A DNA stretch of 64,000 bases. Source: Adineta vaga. Its lineage: Eukaryota > Animalia > Rotifera. Positions within the stretch are counted from its first letter, which is position 1. Every line of letters begins with the position of its first letter. Below, piece after piece: positions 25,816 through 38,437 of this stretch. The stretch spans positions 18,972,001 through 19,036,000 of the forward strand of contig CP075492.1 in assembly GCA_021613535.1 (NCBI GenBank), written 5' to 3'. A model generated the notes under the pieces. That model did not search any database and was not told the origin of the DNA. It worked only from the letters and a program-made list of their open reading frames with translations. The translations under genes and the position numbers were made by a program.

Positions 25816-28800
25816 GAAAAGAAATCGATCTGGACCGTTCACAACCATCACTTACTCACATCTTTGCTGTTCGTGGCATGTTAGGAAAGAAAATGCAAAC
25901 ATTTGATGCCGATGCATCTGAATACATTCAACCTTATTTAAATGCTTTGAACTCAAATAAACCACATGTTGGCATTAGTTCCCGTGCAATTACATCTTAC
26001 GAACAAGCTGTTGAACGTCGTGGTGCCGAAATGATTGTGCGTATTGCATCAAACATACAATATATGAAAAATATTCTTGAAATTATTCATGAAGTTAATA
26101 ATATCGATTTTCATGAATGTAATCAAAATTTTATTGACCAGGTCGAAGCTATAATTCAATTAAAATATGGATTATCAACAAACAATTTACCAAAAAATAC
26201 TGCACTGGCAACGAATACACAATCGAAAATGATCATTACCAAACAAACATGTGAAGAATCAGTATCCATATTTCTTAGTTTATTGATGCCGCAACATTTT
26301 ACACTGATGAATTCTCGTATTAACAATGATGTAAAAGAAACACAATCTGAATTAACCTTACAAACAAAAATTGTAAAACTTACATATCGTGTCTTCCATA
26401 AAACAACATTACATGGTAACGACGGTATATTGAAAAATATTGACAAAGATTTAATCAGTTATTTATTGGAACGTATGGTTCGTCGTGGTATTTTAAAGAA
26501 AGGATATTATTTAAAATCCGAACATTCTGTTAAATATGAATCATATTTGAAACATTTACCATCAAATGAATTGGAACAACAAGAATTAGTATTTGAATTA
26601 AATAAGCATCACGTATCATGGGAAGAATATCAAGAGATTTACGAAAATAGCTATATTTTACCAGCTAATACATCTTTGACGGCCGATGGTTTTCGAGAAT
26701 TGCAAAATCAATATCCTTATGGTGTTATTACAAACGATACTCAAATTCGTCAATCACCACTTATTTCAAATCCTTCAAATTCTTTACAAGAATCGACAAC
26801 AGGTAATTAAGTAAAGCATATTAGTGTTCTTCAGAAAGGTTTGATATTATTTTGTTATAAAGAAATGCTTGAAAATTTTTGCCTTCACTTTTTACAGAAT
26901 TTCTTTTTTTTTAGCAATCCATCATCTTCATACGTTGAATCCGTCATCGAGTGATGCACCAGATAACCAACAAACAACTAATACTGCAATACAAGATGAT
27001 CCATCTTTAAATTTAAGTAAGATGTTTCAAATTTTCGCTCTTGTAGCTTACCGCCTATTTCATTTCACAGGCAACATCACAACTGGTGATATTTCAGTTT
27101 TACAAAATTATCCAGAGTTGTCCGAAATTTTACAACTGAATACTGGTAGGAACTTTAAATACACCCTCTAGTTTAATAATTATTGTAAAAACTGTATTTC
27201 ATTTCAGGAGATCGAGAAATCAATTGTCAACGATCACTAACAAGTACTGTAAATCGATCCAATAACCAATCAAAACAAACAAAAAGTAAGGACTTTTTAT
27301 TGTATAAAAATAATGTAATCGAAAATATTCATTTTCTACTTATTTACTATAATTTCATCATAGTTGGACATCATGCTATTTTGGAACCAAAAAACGATGA
27401 TTCTTCGATCAGTGAAATGGAAGTACAACAACAAGGTGATATTTTTAAACAAGGTAAATACTACATTATTACTTTTTTATTTTCATAATTTTTTCGCTCT
27501 TTTCTCTTTTTGCGTCTTATAGAATCAGCATCATTGGATAATTTACAAAATATTATTGATACATCAGTCAATCATGAAAATTCAACACCTGCATACAAAG
27601 AAACTGGTAGGCTGAAAAGAAAGAAATCGTCATCAATTGCAATATATTATTTATATGTCCTTTTTTGTCTTATTTTGTGTATGTATTCTAGAAAAAAATC
27701 GATCAACTAGTCAAGATTCGTCGATTTTACAAGATGAAACAGATGTTCAACAAAATCATGCATCAAAAACCTTATCATTAGCTGTGCAGCATCAATCTGA
27801 AATGATCAATCAAGATAATCTTCCTTTACATGGTATTCCGCTTATCTATTTTTCTTTAAAATATGTCGCTCTTATTTTTGTATTAACCAACAAAATTCTT
27901 TTTTTTCTTGTTTAGAAATCGAAACTTATAAGCAATTCAAAACTCATGTTCATATTACATCAACACCTGATGAATTCTTTTCTAATAGTATAGTTATATA
28001 TTGTATTTCAATACACTTTTTTCATCTCTCATTAAGGTAATCAACCAAATCATATTACAATACCGGCTAGCGGACAGTGCAATGAAAAATCGGATCATGT
28101 ACACAAGGACTGTTCAGCATCAACAAATGGAAGTCAAATAAGTGAAATATCATCAAAGGAAAACTTAAGCCGTGAAGGTATTTTCAGATATACTTATAAT
28201 ATGTATTACTTAGCAAATATTTTTGATTTTAGACAGCAACAAATCCAAAAATCTTGAAGGTTCATCATCGTCTTCCAAAAATGCATTGGATGCATTTGAT
28301 CCAGTACGAGCATTAGAAGATCCAAAAACTATACCACGACGAATTATGTTAAAATGCAAACAAATGCTTTTATTCGGCTCACCAATCATAACAAAAACGA
28401 GTTGGAATCGTCGATTTGGCGGCGATTCCGATTTATGTCAATCAGCCGTTCAACTACTATTCCATGCCAAACTGTTGTTGGAAGGGCAATTTACAACTAC
28501 TGCGACCAAGTCTTATCTCAGCTGGATTAAAATATTACCAAATGATTCCACCAATATAGCAATTACATTGAATTTTCAACAAAAAAAATTAGATATATTT
28601 GGTATAACATGGGAACAGTATGCGTCATCGTTCAAAAAAATCGAATTTGGTCATAACAACGCTACAACATTAATATCAAAAGAAGGTGCTGAAATTCTCC
28701 GATCCAAACCATACCAGGATGTGGGTTTCATCATGGACGAATCTATCGTATTAACAAAGAAGAGCAAAAGTAATGCGTCGAATATTTTTGAAAAAATGTA

Positions 28801-29702
28801 AATCTTTTGTCTTTATAGATTCAGAAACATTGAACATACCGGAACCAGTACGCAATCCGACCATTAATGAATCAGAATCATCAGTTTCGATGATGTCAGT
28901 TGGTAAGTTTTCTGTATAAGCATTTTCATTTGTATGACTGTTTTTTGTAATATTTAGAATATGCTGAACCTGATCTAACATTAGATAATGTCGCCAATAT
29001 TACATTAGTTCAAGATGATTCAGGTAATACTTAGATTTATCGACTAATTTCATTTCAATACACTGTATGATGGATAGTTTATCGGAATTTTATTATTTTA
29101 TAAGCAAAGTTGCTTCAGTGAGAAAATTATCTTATAAAAAGCATCTAAAAAGAAACAATATACTTCCTTTTGGAGCTGATTTGTATAAGAATTTTAAAAT
29201 TATAGATTCAAATTCAAGTGCTGCAAATTTGGCTAGTACTGCTGTGATTCCATCTCAAGCTGCTGCAACTAGTCCATCCTCTGATGAAATTCAAACTATT
29301 CATTTGAACTCAGTCACCACAGGTAACAAGCTTTAACATTTCTTTATTTTTTATATGTTTAGAAAAACGACGAAGTTTTCAAAATAGGGTAGTTTGAATT
29401 CACATGAATTGTACAATCTATCGTTGAATTATCTGAGTACTTGATATCTAATCATTCACATGTTTGACATTATTCGAGATACTTAAATACAGAGTTCAGT
29501 ATATAAATATTATTAATTTCAACTTGCCGTTTGAAATATTTGATTATAGCAGTCAACAACGTATTATTAAAATGATTGTTTTTATATTATAGATATCTCA
29601 TCGAATGCCTCAGCATCAACGAATTCATCAACACCAAAACGAACAAGACGTCTTATAAGTCCAATCAGAACAAGGTCAAAAAGTCGACGTATTGAAAATT
29701 AA
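25816..29702 (+). CDS. Multi-exon transposon gene: possible DUF3987/AAA+-like helicase C-terminal region, two copies of a winged-helix-like domain, S/T/Q-rich micro-exon linkers; 5' part not found
   Basis: Large exon 25816-26802, many short GT-AG exons, a second globular exon ~28233-28770, and a basic C-terminal tail PKRTRRLISPIRTRSKSRR ending in TAA at 29700-29702. The domain call is tentative. Confidence 0.6.
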
Positions 29703-30391
29703 AATTATCTTTGTTTGATGTATTAATTTCTGCTTTGTTTGTTTTGTCTGTGTGTTAGCCATTTATTTCTGCTTCATCTTGTGTTTTATTGTGAACTATT
29801 CTTGTTTTTTTTTGTTTACTTTTTGTTATACTTGATACTCTTGTGTTCTTATAACTGTTTTTCTTGTTTTCCTATTTACGTGTAGGTCTAGTAATTGAAA
29901 ATTATTTAATCAAGTTAAGAGATTTAATGCTAGTCTTTATTGTTTATCTTGTTCTTATATTGCATATCATATGCAATTCATATCATCTTAATGAACATTC
30001 GTATGATCTTCTAGAAAATAACTCTTTTTTTTCGTTTTCTGTTTTGTTAAATAACTGACATGCTTAGTAATTATTTGTTCGAACAGATACATTTTCTCGT
30101 TTGCTTCATTTTTTGTTTGTTATACATATACTGCTTGCATCATATTGAATAAATATGAAATTGAACTGTGATAATGAAATTGTAATTGTCATCAATAAGG
30201 AGAAAGTGAAATTTTATTATACATTGAGTAAAACGATTAGCTCTTTATAATTTCAACATTTGACTACAAAATGAGTGACGAATTACATAATATTTTTTAG
30301 CTATATGTGATAAAAATCTGGAAATTTGTGATTTATTTCTTTATAGATATATTTATACTGCATAATTTTATTTTATTTTATCGACATTATC

Positions 30392-32705
30392 ATGTCATCT
30401 AACTATTTACTGACAGATAATGAAGAAATTTACATCATTACATTACATAGACACTTCAAAATCAATGTTCTGCAATTGATAAATGATCTGAATAATCGTA
30501 TGGATCATGATATACCAACTCGAGTGACCGATATTAAAATTATGGTTAATACAATGTTTAATACTGATTTATCCGTTACAACAGTAAATGAAATAATTAA
30601 TCGATTAAATAATGGAGAGTTGAAACAGCTCTTTCACTCCTATGATGTTGATCAGTTGCTAACTAATTATATTGCAAGTTCAATATCTGATACCAACGCA
30701 ACATTAATTTGTCTTAAACCATTTACAAATACATGTCTAACCTGTAAACAGGAACTTCAAATTTCATTTAATCAATATGTCACAATTTATAATATGGGAT
30801 CGATCATTAAAGGTGGTGTTTATTATTCTTCTTGCAACAATTGTAGAATGAAATATTATCCAAATTATTATGAACATATCACTATTGGTGCAAAATTTGT
30901 CACACCAGCATCAATCTATAACCAAAAATATATTTACTTTGGTGGAAAGAAAGTTTACTCTACAGAATTGTTGATACATTTTACATCGGCGTTTCTCAGA
31001 CAATATTCTGGTTTTGAAAACTTTCAGAATTCATACAATTTAACCATCAAAAAATATATTACTTTATCTGCAAATACCCATACAGTAAGCATTTATGACA
31101 TCAGAAACAAAAAATATTTAGAAATTTCTCACAGTTTTGAAATAACAGAAAAACAATGAAACGGATGTCATATATATTTCATCTATTTTAATGTTGTTGT
31201 ATATTTTAGTCGAATGAAATAATGTCGGAAATTAGTCGTGAATATTTTTCAAATATCTGGTTCATTTATCAATTATGTTTATTTACCTTCTTTATGAATG
31301 ATACTTTGCAACTTGAAATACCAAAGTTACTCGATGATTTATCAATTTATAAATTTTTTGATGTTAACTATGATCAATGGTACAGTGATTTTGTAAACCA
31401 TTGGGCAATACACCATCGAACCCATCCATGTGATTCTACAAAACAATTCCAAGGTGCTGATTGCATGACGGCATTTGTTGTAGACGGAATGCAAAAAGTG
31501 GCAAGAGTAATCTGTAATAACAAAAACAAAATGCTTGTAACCAGTGAGTTTCCTGATGGCATCTACGTCGGATGTGGCAATACGCCCAAATCAAAATCTG
31601 GTTTATGTGAACGCTGTAAAGAAGAAGAAATAATACACGATAATGAAACATACTTGAAAACCAATGATGACAAAGGTATCTATGATGATCCAACAACTGG
31701 CTGCAATGTATCAAGAGAAGATCGGTACGTAAAAAATGTTAATCACTGAATCTGTTTCATTATCATTCAGTTTAAGTTGCATACAATTGATTCAGAAAAC
31801 ATCAAGAGGAAATTTACAGATCTACTAACATTTATCAATATGATTTTTTTATTATTATTATTTAAGTACAGAGAATTAGAAATATGATAATTATACTCAT
31901 ATTATTTCTGAAATAAAAACTAGATTATTCTTGGTAAATTGATTTTATTCCATCATTTAAGAAATTCTGTACTGATGAGCTTGACAATGATGATTACAAA
32001 GATATAGATGTGATATTATTCTTTGAATTGAAATATAAAATAATACAGTTTGATCATTCGTACGGATTTAATTCTAATAATTATTTTACTTTTAGTTTCG
32101 TCGATATGGAGAAGAAAATTTCACAAGGTATTATATATACATTATCTCCATGTGGAATAATCATTGGCTTTGATGAAGTATATCATTCAGAATCCTGTTA
32201 TATAGCTTTGTGGCATTTATTCAGAATGATTAGTCTAGTTGACAATCAACATCATCAATTTTTACCAAATATACTGATTTATAATAATGCTTGCAGTTTA
32301 TATACTTATTTTTGGAATCGTTATGACAAGATTGAGATTAATCGACGTATTTTACAAACACCATCATCAAATTTAATTTCCCGATGTTTATTTTTTATTG
32401 ATCGTTTTCATCAACAAAATCACAAACGACCAATGTGTCAAAAAGAAAGAAACATCGACTATGCATATAAAGGAGCAATCAAAATCAATACTGAAGCTGC
32501 TGAACAACGAAACAGTATATTGAAGCAATATCAAAATGCCTTATCCTCATATTCTTCCAAAAAGATTCGTATTACTTACTTAATATTATTTCATTTAATG
32601 AATGCCGAGCGTAACATGTGTGATGGTCAATTCGAATACAATCGAAATTATGCTCAAGGCAACTTTTCCGCCAATGACAATTCATTCAATACAATTTCCG
32701 ATTAA
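30392..32705 (+). CDS. KDZ-type transposase with CxC5/CxC6-like cysteine clusters (3 exons, ~605 aa)
   Basis: Exons 30392-31084, 31210-31724 and 32096-32705 splice in frame. Motifs: CLTC...CNNCRMKYYPNYY; H..H.C...C..AFVVDGMQKVARVIC...GCGNTP....LCERC; SPCGIIIGFDEVYHSES; LIYNNAC; IDRFHQQNH...C; INTEAAEQRN. Confidence 0.85.
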
Positions 32706-33329
32706 CACAACTACATCGTTTTATTTTCTCGTCATCTACACAATAAAATTCATTATCTCAACAAAATTCTTGTAGTTTGTTCTACATCATCAGACTTTTA
32801 CTTTTTTGTCTTTCTTTTTCTTGTGATTTATTATTCATATCGTCACAATAAAACAATTCTAAAAATCTTTACACAAAATCAATATATCCGAAAACACGCA
32901 ACTACAAAAATTAACACTTATTTTAAAGTAAATCGAGTTTTTTCTAAAGAAAAATGCATATGAGCAATTTTCTAACCTATCTAAACTACAACAACACTCC
33001 GAGTCACAAAAGATTCACTCGTACCATTATATCTTCTTTAACATTCATAATTTTGGTCATGTTGGTTTCAAACATATTCTTTCATAGTAGTACCAATTAC
33101 TAAGACGACACTCATCATAATATTCAAAAACAAACTTCCATCATGAGAAGCATAAATTCCGCTTAATACCAAAACTAGAACCGCCACAGGCGCGTATATA
33201 AAAGTATACCTTAACTACTTCAAACTTTTACCTCCAAAATCGTGTCAATACACTACACAATAGCACATGATGGTTAAAGTTCACCAGTTCTAAACTACAC
33301 ACCCACAAGTATAGACAGTGTATGCAAAC

Positions 33330-33665
33330 ACATGAGAATACATGACAACCGATTCTAGCTGAAAAGGGGAAAGTAGGGTCAATACATGAGAATACATGAC
33401 AACCGATTCTAGCTGAAAAGGGGAAAGTAGGGTCAATACATGGCAATACAAGGCAATACATGAGAATACAAGACAACCGATTCTAGCTGAAAAGGGGAAA
33501 GTAGGGTCAATACATGGCAATACAAGGCAATACATGAGAATACAAGACAACCGATTCTAGCTGAAAAGGGGAAAGTAGGGTCAATACATGGCAATACAAG
33601 GCAATACATGAGAATACAAGACAACCGATTCTAGCTGAAAAGGGGAAAGTAGGGTCAATACATGA
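33330..33665 (-). repeat. Right subterminal tandem array of the KDZ element (inverted relative to the left array)
   Basis: Five copies of CAACCGATTCTAGCTGAAAAGGGGAAAGTAGGGTCAATAC, the reverse complement of the left core. Confidence 0.95.
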
Positions 33666-35316
33666 TAGTGTATAAAAGCTATAAAAAGTAAAGTACAAGT
33701 TGTATTTGTATTTGCGCAGCCCTCCCTCCGTGTAAGATGTTTAATGAAATATTCATAATGGGAAACCTTGTCGTATCGGTTAGTGGTATTGTTGTGGACT
33801 TTAGTCAGTCCAATATCAATGAAGGTATATTTACAAAAATACAATTGATTTCAGTTCGAAAAGTTTACTATCATACACTGAAATACTAGAAGATTTTTAA
33901 CAGATAGAATATCTTATTATATAATAATTATGAAGAATAATTTCTATGTTTTATTATTTAAAATATAGATTGTGGAAATGGTAGTACATTTATAACATTT
34001 GATGATTTAACAGCTGGAACAGCTGTACCGAATGGTTATAGTAATATTGATTGGAATAATGCAGTTGTTTATAACAGTTTTCATGCAGTAAATGGATATA
34101 CAACAGGTACTGTCAGTAAAAATTGTACATCGATGAACAGTGGTGGCAATCCAATGACAATGACACGTACCGGCAGTACTCTTTTTACTTTACATTCTGC
34201 TGCAATTGCTGCAGCATGGTACGATAATTTACAATTAAACGTAGTTGGCTATCGTTCAAATTCAACTATTGCAAATTATACTTATACACTTCAAGTGTTC
34301 TCAGTGTCCAATATCAAATTCATTGGATATTCTAATTTAGATGAAGTTATATTTTCAACATCAAATGGAACGCAAAATCCATCTGTATCAGGTATTGGTA
34401 CACACTATGCAATGGATAATCTTTGCATTAGTGTTATATGAATATTAAGATTATCAAAAGAACCATTCAATAATTTTCTCATTGTTTGTGAACATATTCT
34501 TTTTATTTGAACTACAATAAAGTATTTATAAATCAAACTTCAATCGAAATAATGGCTAGATTTAATCCAATGAATGGTTAAAGGAACAATCAAAATGAAT
34601 TCTATCATTTTTATATAAATTATGTTATTTTGTCCTGAATGACATCAGAAAAACTAAAAAAAAATAGTTTTATGCAACACTTGGTAATGCATTTTACACA
34701 TCATTTTTCTTTCTATTTTCATCTCACTGTTGATAATGTGTTTTCACGCCATCCATACCGTGGTTTCTAATGATATCTAAATCGCCAACAATTATCTTTT
34801 CAAATAGTATTATTTCTATTATTGAACTATAAATAAATGAGAACAAACATAGAGACGATGTTAATTATTTTTTCCCGTCGATCGAGGTCATAATTGTTCA
34901 GAAATTTTTTAAAATATGACATTGCTCAAAACAAAATATCCACATATGGAGAACATTACATTCAGCACACTTATAACTTATTTTAATTTCTCAAAAGATT
35001 ATACAGAGAGAATTAGCGACTAACAAAAAATAATGATTTGTAAACATGCGGTCGCTTGTGTCAGAAAAAATAACATTAAATTCGTATTCTTTGATCCCAA
35101 TTACGTCTCAGTAGAGTTTTATGGAAAATTTTAACTTTTAGTTCAAATAATTTTTGACCAATTAAAAAAGTGCAGAGAGATGAGCAAGGTAGTAGACAAT
35201 TTGTGTTTGCACGACTCTTCTCTACGTCGAGAGAATTATTTCATTTTGTGGCATATATAAAAACAAGATTAGTTGCTCACTTATTTATAGTTTTGTAATA
35301 GACAATAAAAATTCTA

Positions 35317-36273
35317 ATGAATCAATCTGCCAATAATTCCATTTACGAAGACGTACGTTCGTCACCTGTTCTTTGGTTATGGCTTCTTGCTGTTTTTATC
35401 ATACCTTCGGTTCTTTGTTCTTTCTTTCTACTCTTTCATTTTCTTGGCAAACGATCTCTTCGTCAAGCAATCAATAATCATATTATTATCGTCGTCCTTA
35501 TTCTTGGCCTCATTTACACATTGATTGATATAGGAAGTTCAATCACATATTATCGTTTAAATCGTATGGTTTGGCCAAAATTACCTGCTTTTTGTTTCAT
35601 CTGGCTACTCGTCGATTTTGGAACATATAATACAATTACAGTTCTATTAGCATGGGCTTCATTTGAAAGACATATTCTTGTCTTTCATCACCAATTAATG
35701 AATACTCATTCGAAGAAGATTATTTTTCATTATATGCCCTTGTTTTTTCTTCTCATCTACATGAGTCTATTTTATGTCATAGTCGTATTTTTCTATCCAT
35801 GTGAGAATTATTGGGATTATACTTGGGCTATCTGTGGAGTTGATGGATGTTATCATAGTAATTTGTTCTTATCGTATTGGGAACTTTATTTACATGGTAT
35901 TATACCTATGATGTTAATCGCAGTGTTCAATATCACATTATTGATTCGTGTGTTGTGTCATAAACGAGCAGTTCATCAGACGATTGTGTGGAAAAAGCAT
36001 CGTAAAATGGCCATTCAATTACTGAGTATTTCAGCACTGTATCTGTCCGTCAATTTTCCCCTATTTTTTATTACAATGTTGAATCTATTGGGATTAATGT
36101 TGAGTCATCCAGCATTCGGTACACTATCGTATTTTACTAATCATGTGATTATGTTTTTACCATTTGTAACTCTCGGATGCTTACCGGAAGTTTGGAAAAA
36201 AATGAAAAGTATTTTACCTATAAACACAGTACAAATAACACCATTTCCAATTCAACCAAACAACAATTTCTAA
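35317..36273 (+). CDS. Rhodopsin-like orphan 7TM GPCR, intronless
   Basis: Seven hydrophobic segments and WASFERHILVFH (DRY-equivalent). Confidence 0.85.
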   Translation: MNQSANNSIYEDVRSSPVLWLWLLAVFIIPSVLCSFFLLFHFLGKRSLRQAINNHIIIVVLILGLIYTLIDIGSSITYYRLNRMVWPKLPAFCFIWLLVDFGTYNTITVLLAWASFERHILVFHHQLMNTHSKKIIFHYMPLFFLLIYMSLFYVIVVFFYPCENYWDYTWAICGVDGCYHSNLFLSYWELYLHGIIPMMLIAVFNITLLIRVLCHKRAVHQTIVWKKHRKMAIQLLSISALYLSVNFPLFFITMLNLLGLMLSHPAFGTLSYFTNHVIMFLPFVTLGCLPEVWKKMKSILPINTVQITPFPIQPNNNF

Positions 36274-38437
36274 ACGACCAAAACAAATGGAATGCGTTTA
36301 TCAACCATAAGAAAATCGAAGAATGAAATAATCCCTCCATTCCTCCCCCCCCCCCTCAAAACTCTACTTATAGCTTATTTATATAACTTACTTTCATTTT
36401 AACGAATGCTTTTATTGTAAAATTAGTATAGCCACTCTAACAATAATGTATACCACATTCTTACTTATCCTTTTATGTATAAATATAGAATATCATTAGA
36501 CATAGTCAACTTGAGAGTGTGAGTAGATGAAGAAAATAACGGCATATCCTCATTATCTGAAATTCTTTTATCCATCTCGGCTTCTTTCATGAAAAGAACG
36601 TTGTTGGTTTAGTCACACTAGTTATTGATTAGATTGTTTTCAACATTTTCTGCAATTTGGTAAAACATTCATTATTATCTATGAATAATATGATTTATAA
36701 CCTCGTATAACCAGTTACTTTGTCAAATAATTTCAATGATATTTTCTATTCATTTTTTCTATGTAGAAATCTACAGATTTTTGTTGCAATTTTTAAAGCA
36801 TGTTTAATATACAAAATTTCTCGTACTTATCAAACATCAATATGATGTCTGACAAAGAATTGAAGAAAAATATTAATTTGACAGATGAGTTCTATTTCTT
36901 TTTTATGTATTTAGCTGTGATGAAAAACGACAGTAATGATGTAGATGAAGATGGAGACGAGAGAAAGTTGGAAAGAATCAAAAGAAAATCAACTCGTTTG
37001 TTCGTTCTGTTACTTGTTCTTTACAATATTATTTTAAAAAGTAACTAGGTGAAGTTTCTTCCTACGCGATAGCAAAACAACAGAAATAACATTCGAAAAA
37101 TAGAGAAAAAAAGAATAAGAGTGATCTTTCTTTTCATTCTAACAATATCAAAATGGACGAATTGAACTCGATACCATCATCCAATATTCGTCAATCACGA
37201 CAACGCATCGCTCAAAATTATCTTCTTCTCTGGATAGATGCTAGCATCGATGAAGAAAGCAAAGACTACCAAGAAGTATTGGTTCAACTAAAGAATGTGA
37301 TTAACAATGTCAGCTTATGTACTCAACCGAATCAATGTATTGATTTGCCAGTCAAGTAGACAATGAACGTGTCTTCGTCATCATATCAGAATATTTGGGT
37401 CAATATTTAATTCCTGAAATTCATGATATATCACAACTAGATACAATTTACATCTTCTGTGACAATAAATCCAAACATCAAGAATGGATAAAAAACTGGA
37501 CAAAAATAAAAGGTATTCATACAAATATAAACGAGATTTGTCAAGGTTTACAAATGGCTGTTAAGCAATGTGATCAAGATCTTATAGCCATAAGTTTTGT
37601 TACAACAAATGAAATGGCTTCAACTGATAATTTAAATCAACTCGAACCAACATTTATGTATACACAAATATTTAAAGATATTCTTCTTGATATCGATTAT
37701 GGTGATAATGCAATCAAAGATTTAGCAGCTTGTTGTCGAGAAGTTTTTTCTGATAATTCAATTGAATTACAAGTAATTAATGAATTTGAACATGATTATA
37801 TTCCAGAAAAAGCCATATGGTGGTATACACGTGAATGTTTCACCTATAAAATGCTCAATCAAGCACTTCGAACTTTGAATGCCGATATAATCATAAACAT
37901 GGGCTTCTTTCTACGTGATGTACATCAACAGATTCAAGAGCTGTACGAAAAACAAGTTAGTACTTATGATGGCAAATCGTTTATAGTTTATCAAGGACAA
38001 GGTTTTACGAAACCAGACTTTAAAAAACTTGAACAAACAAAAGGTGGATTAATTTCCTTTAACAATTTCTTGTCTACAAGTACACATGAAAAAGTATCTC
38101 TCAGTTTCGCTCAAGATGCTTCAATAAAACCCGATATGGTGGGTATTCTCTTCATAATGTCTATTGATCCTTGTTCAACATCAACACCATTTGCTTCGAT
38201 TAGAGAGGAAAGTTATTTTAAGGGAGAAGATGAAATTCTCTTTTCAATGCATACTGTCTTTCGAGTGAATACAATTAAACAAATAAACAATAAGAATCAA
38301 CTTTATCAAGTTGAATTACAATTAACCTTAGATGATGATCTAGAATTACGACTACTTACCGATAGAATACGAGAAGAAGTTGATGGTACTGGATGGGAAG
38401 CATTAGCTGATTTATTACTTAAAATTGGTCAATTTAA

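Larger units (their letters stand above)
20524..33724 (+). mobile_element. 13,201-bp KDZ (Kyakuja-Dileera-Zisupton)-type DNA transposon carrying PrimPol
   Basis: Left TIR CAGAGATGCGCAAATACAAATACAACTTGTA; right TIR (reverse complement) GAGGGCTGCGCAAATACAAATACAACTTGTA. Identical 8-bp flanks CCTCCGTG at 20516-20523 and 33725-33732. Inverted subterminal arrays and an internal KDZ transposase. Confidence 0.92.
20298..34441 (+). pseudogene. Secreted PAN/apple-like + beta-sandwich protein gene split by the 13.2-kb transposon
   Basis: Removing 20524-33724 and one TSD restores CIAQCTQQISTCNIVVFDRQASPPC-KMFNEIF. The last exon (33970-34441) reads FITFDDL..VPNGYSNIDW..AAWYDNLQL..AMDNLC. There is also an early in-frame TAG near 20324. 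Confidence 0.75.

Noticed and set aside
20524-33724. hAT or Polinton/Maverick classification
   Set aside because: The 8-bp TSD and CAG start resemble hAT, but the transposase has KDZ motifs. There is no PolB, retroviral-type integrase, capsid or 6-bp TSD.
33228-33844. Overlapping Cys-rich minus-strand ORFs (and 20418-21107 on +)
   Set aside because: They are translations of the subterminal tandem repeats.
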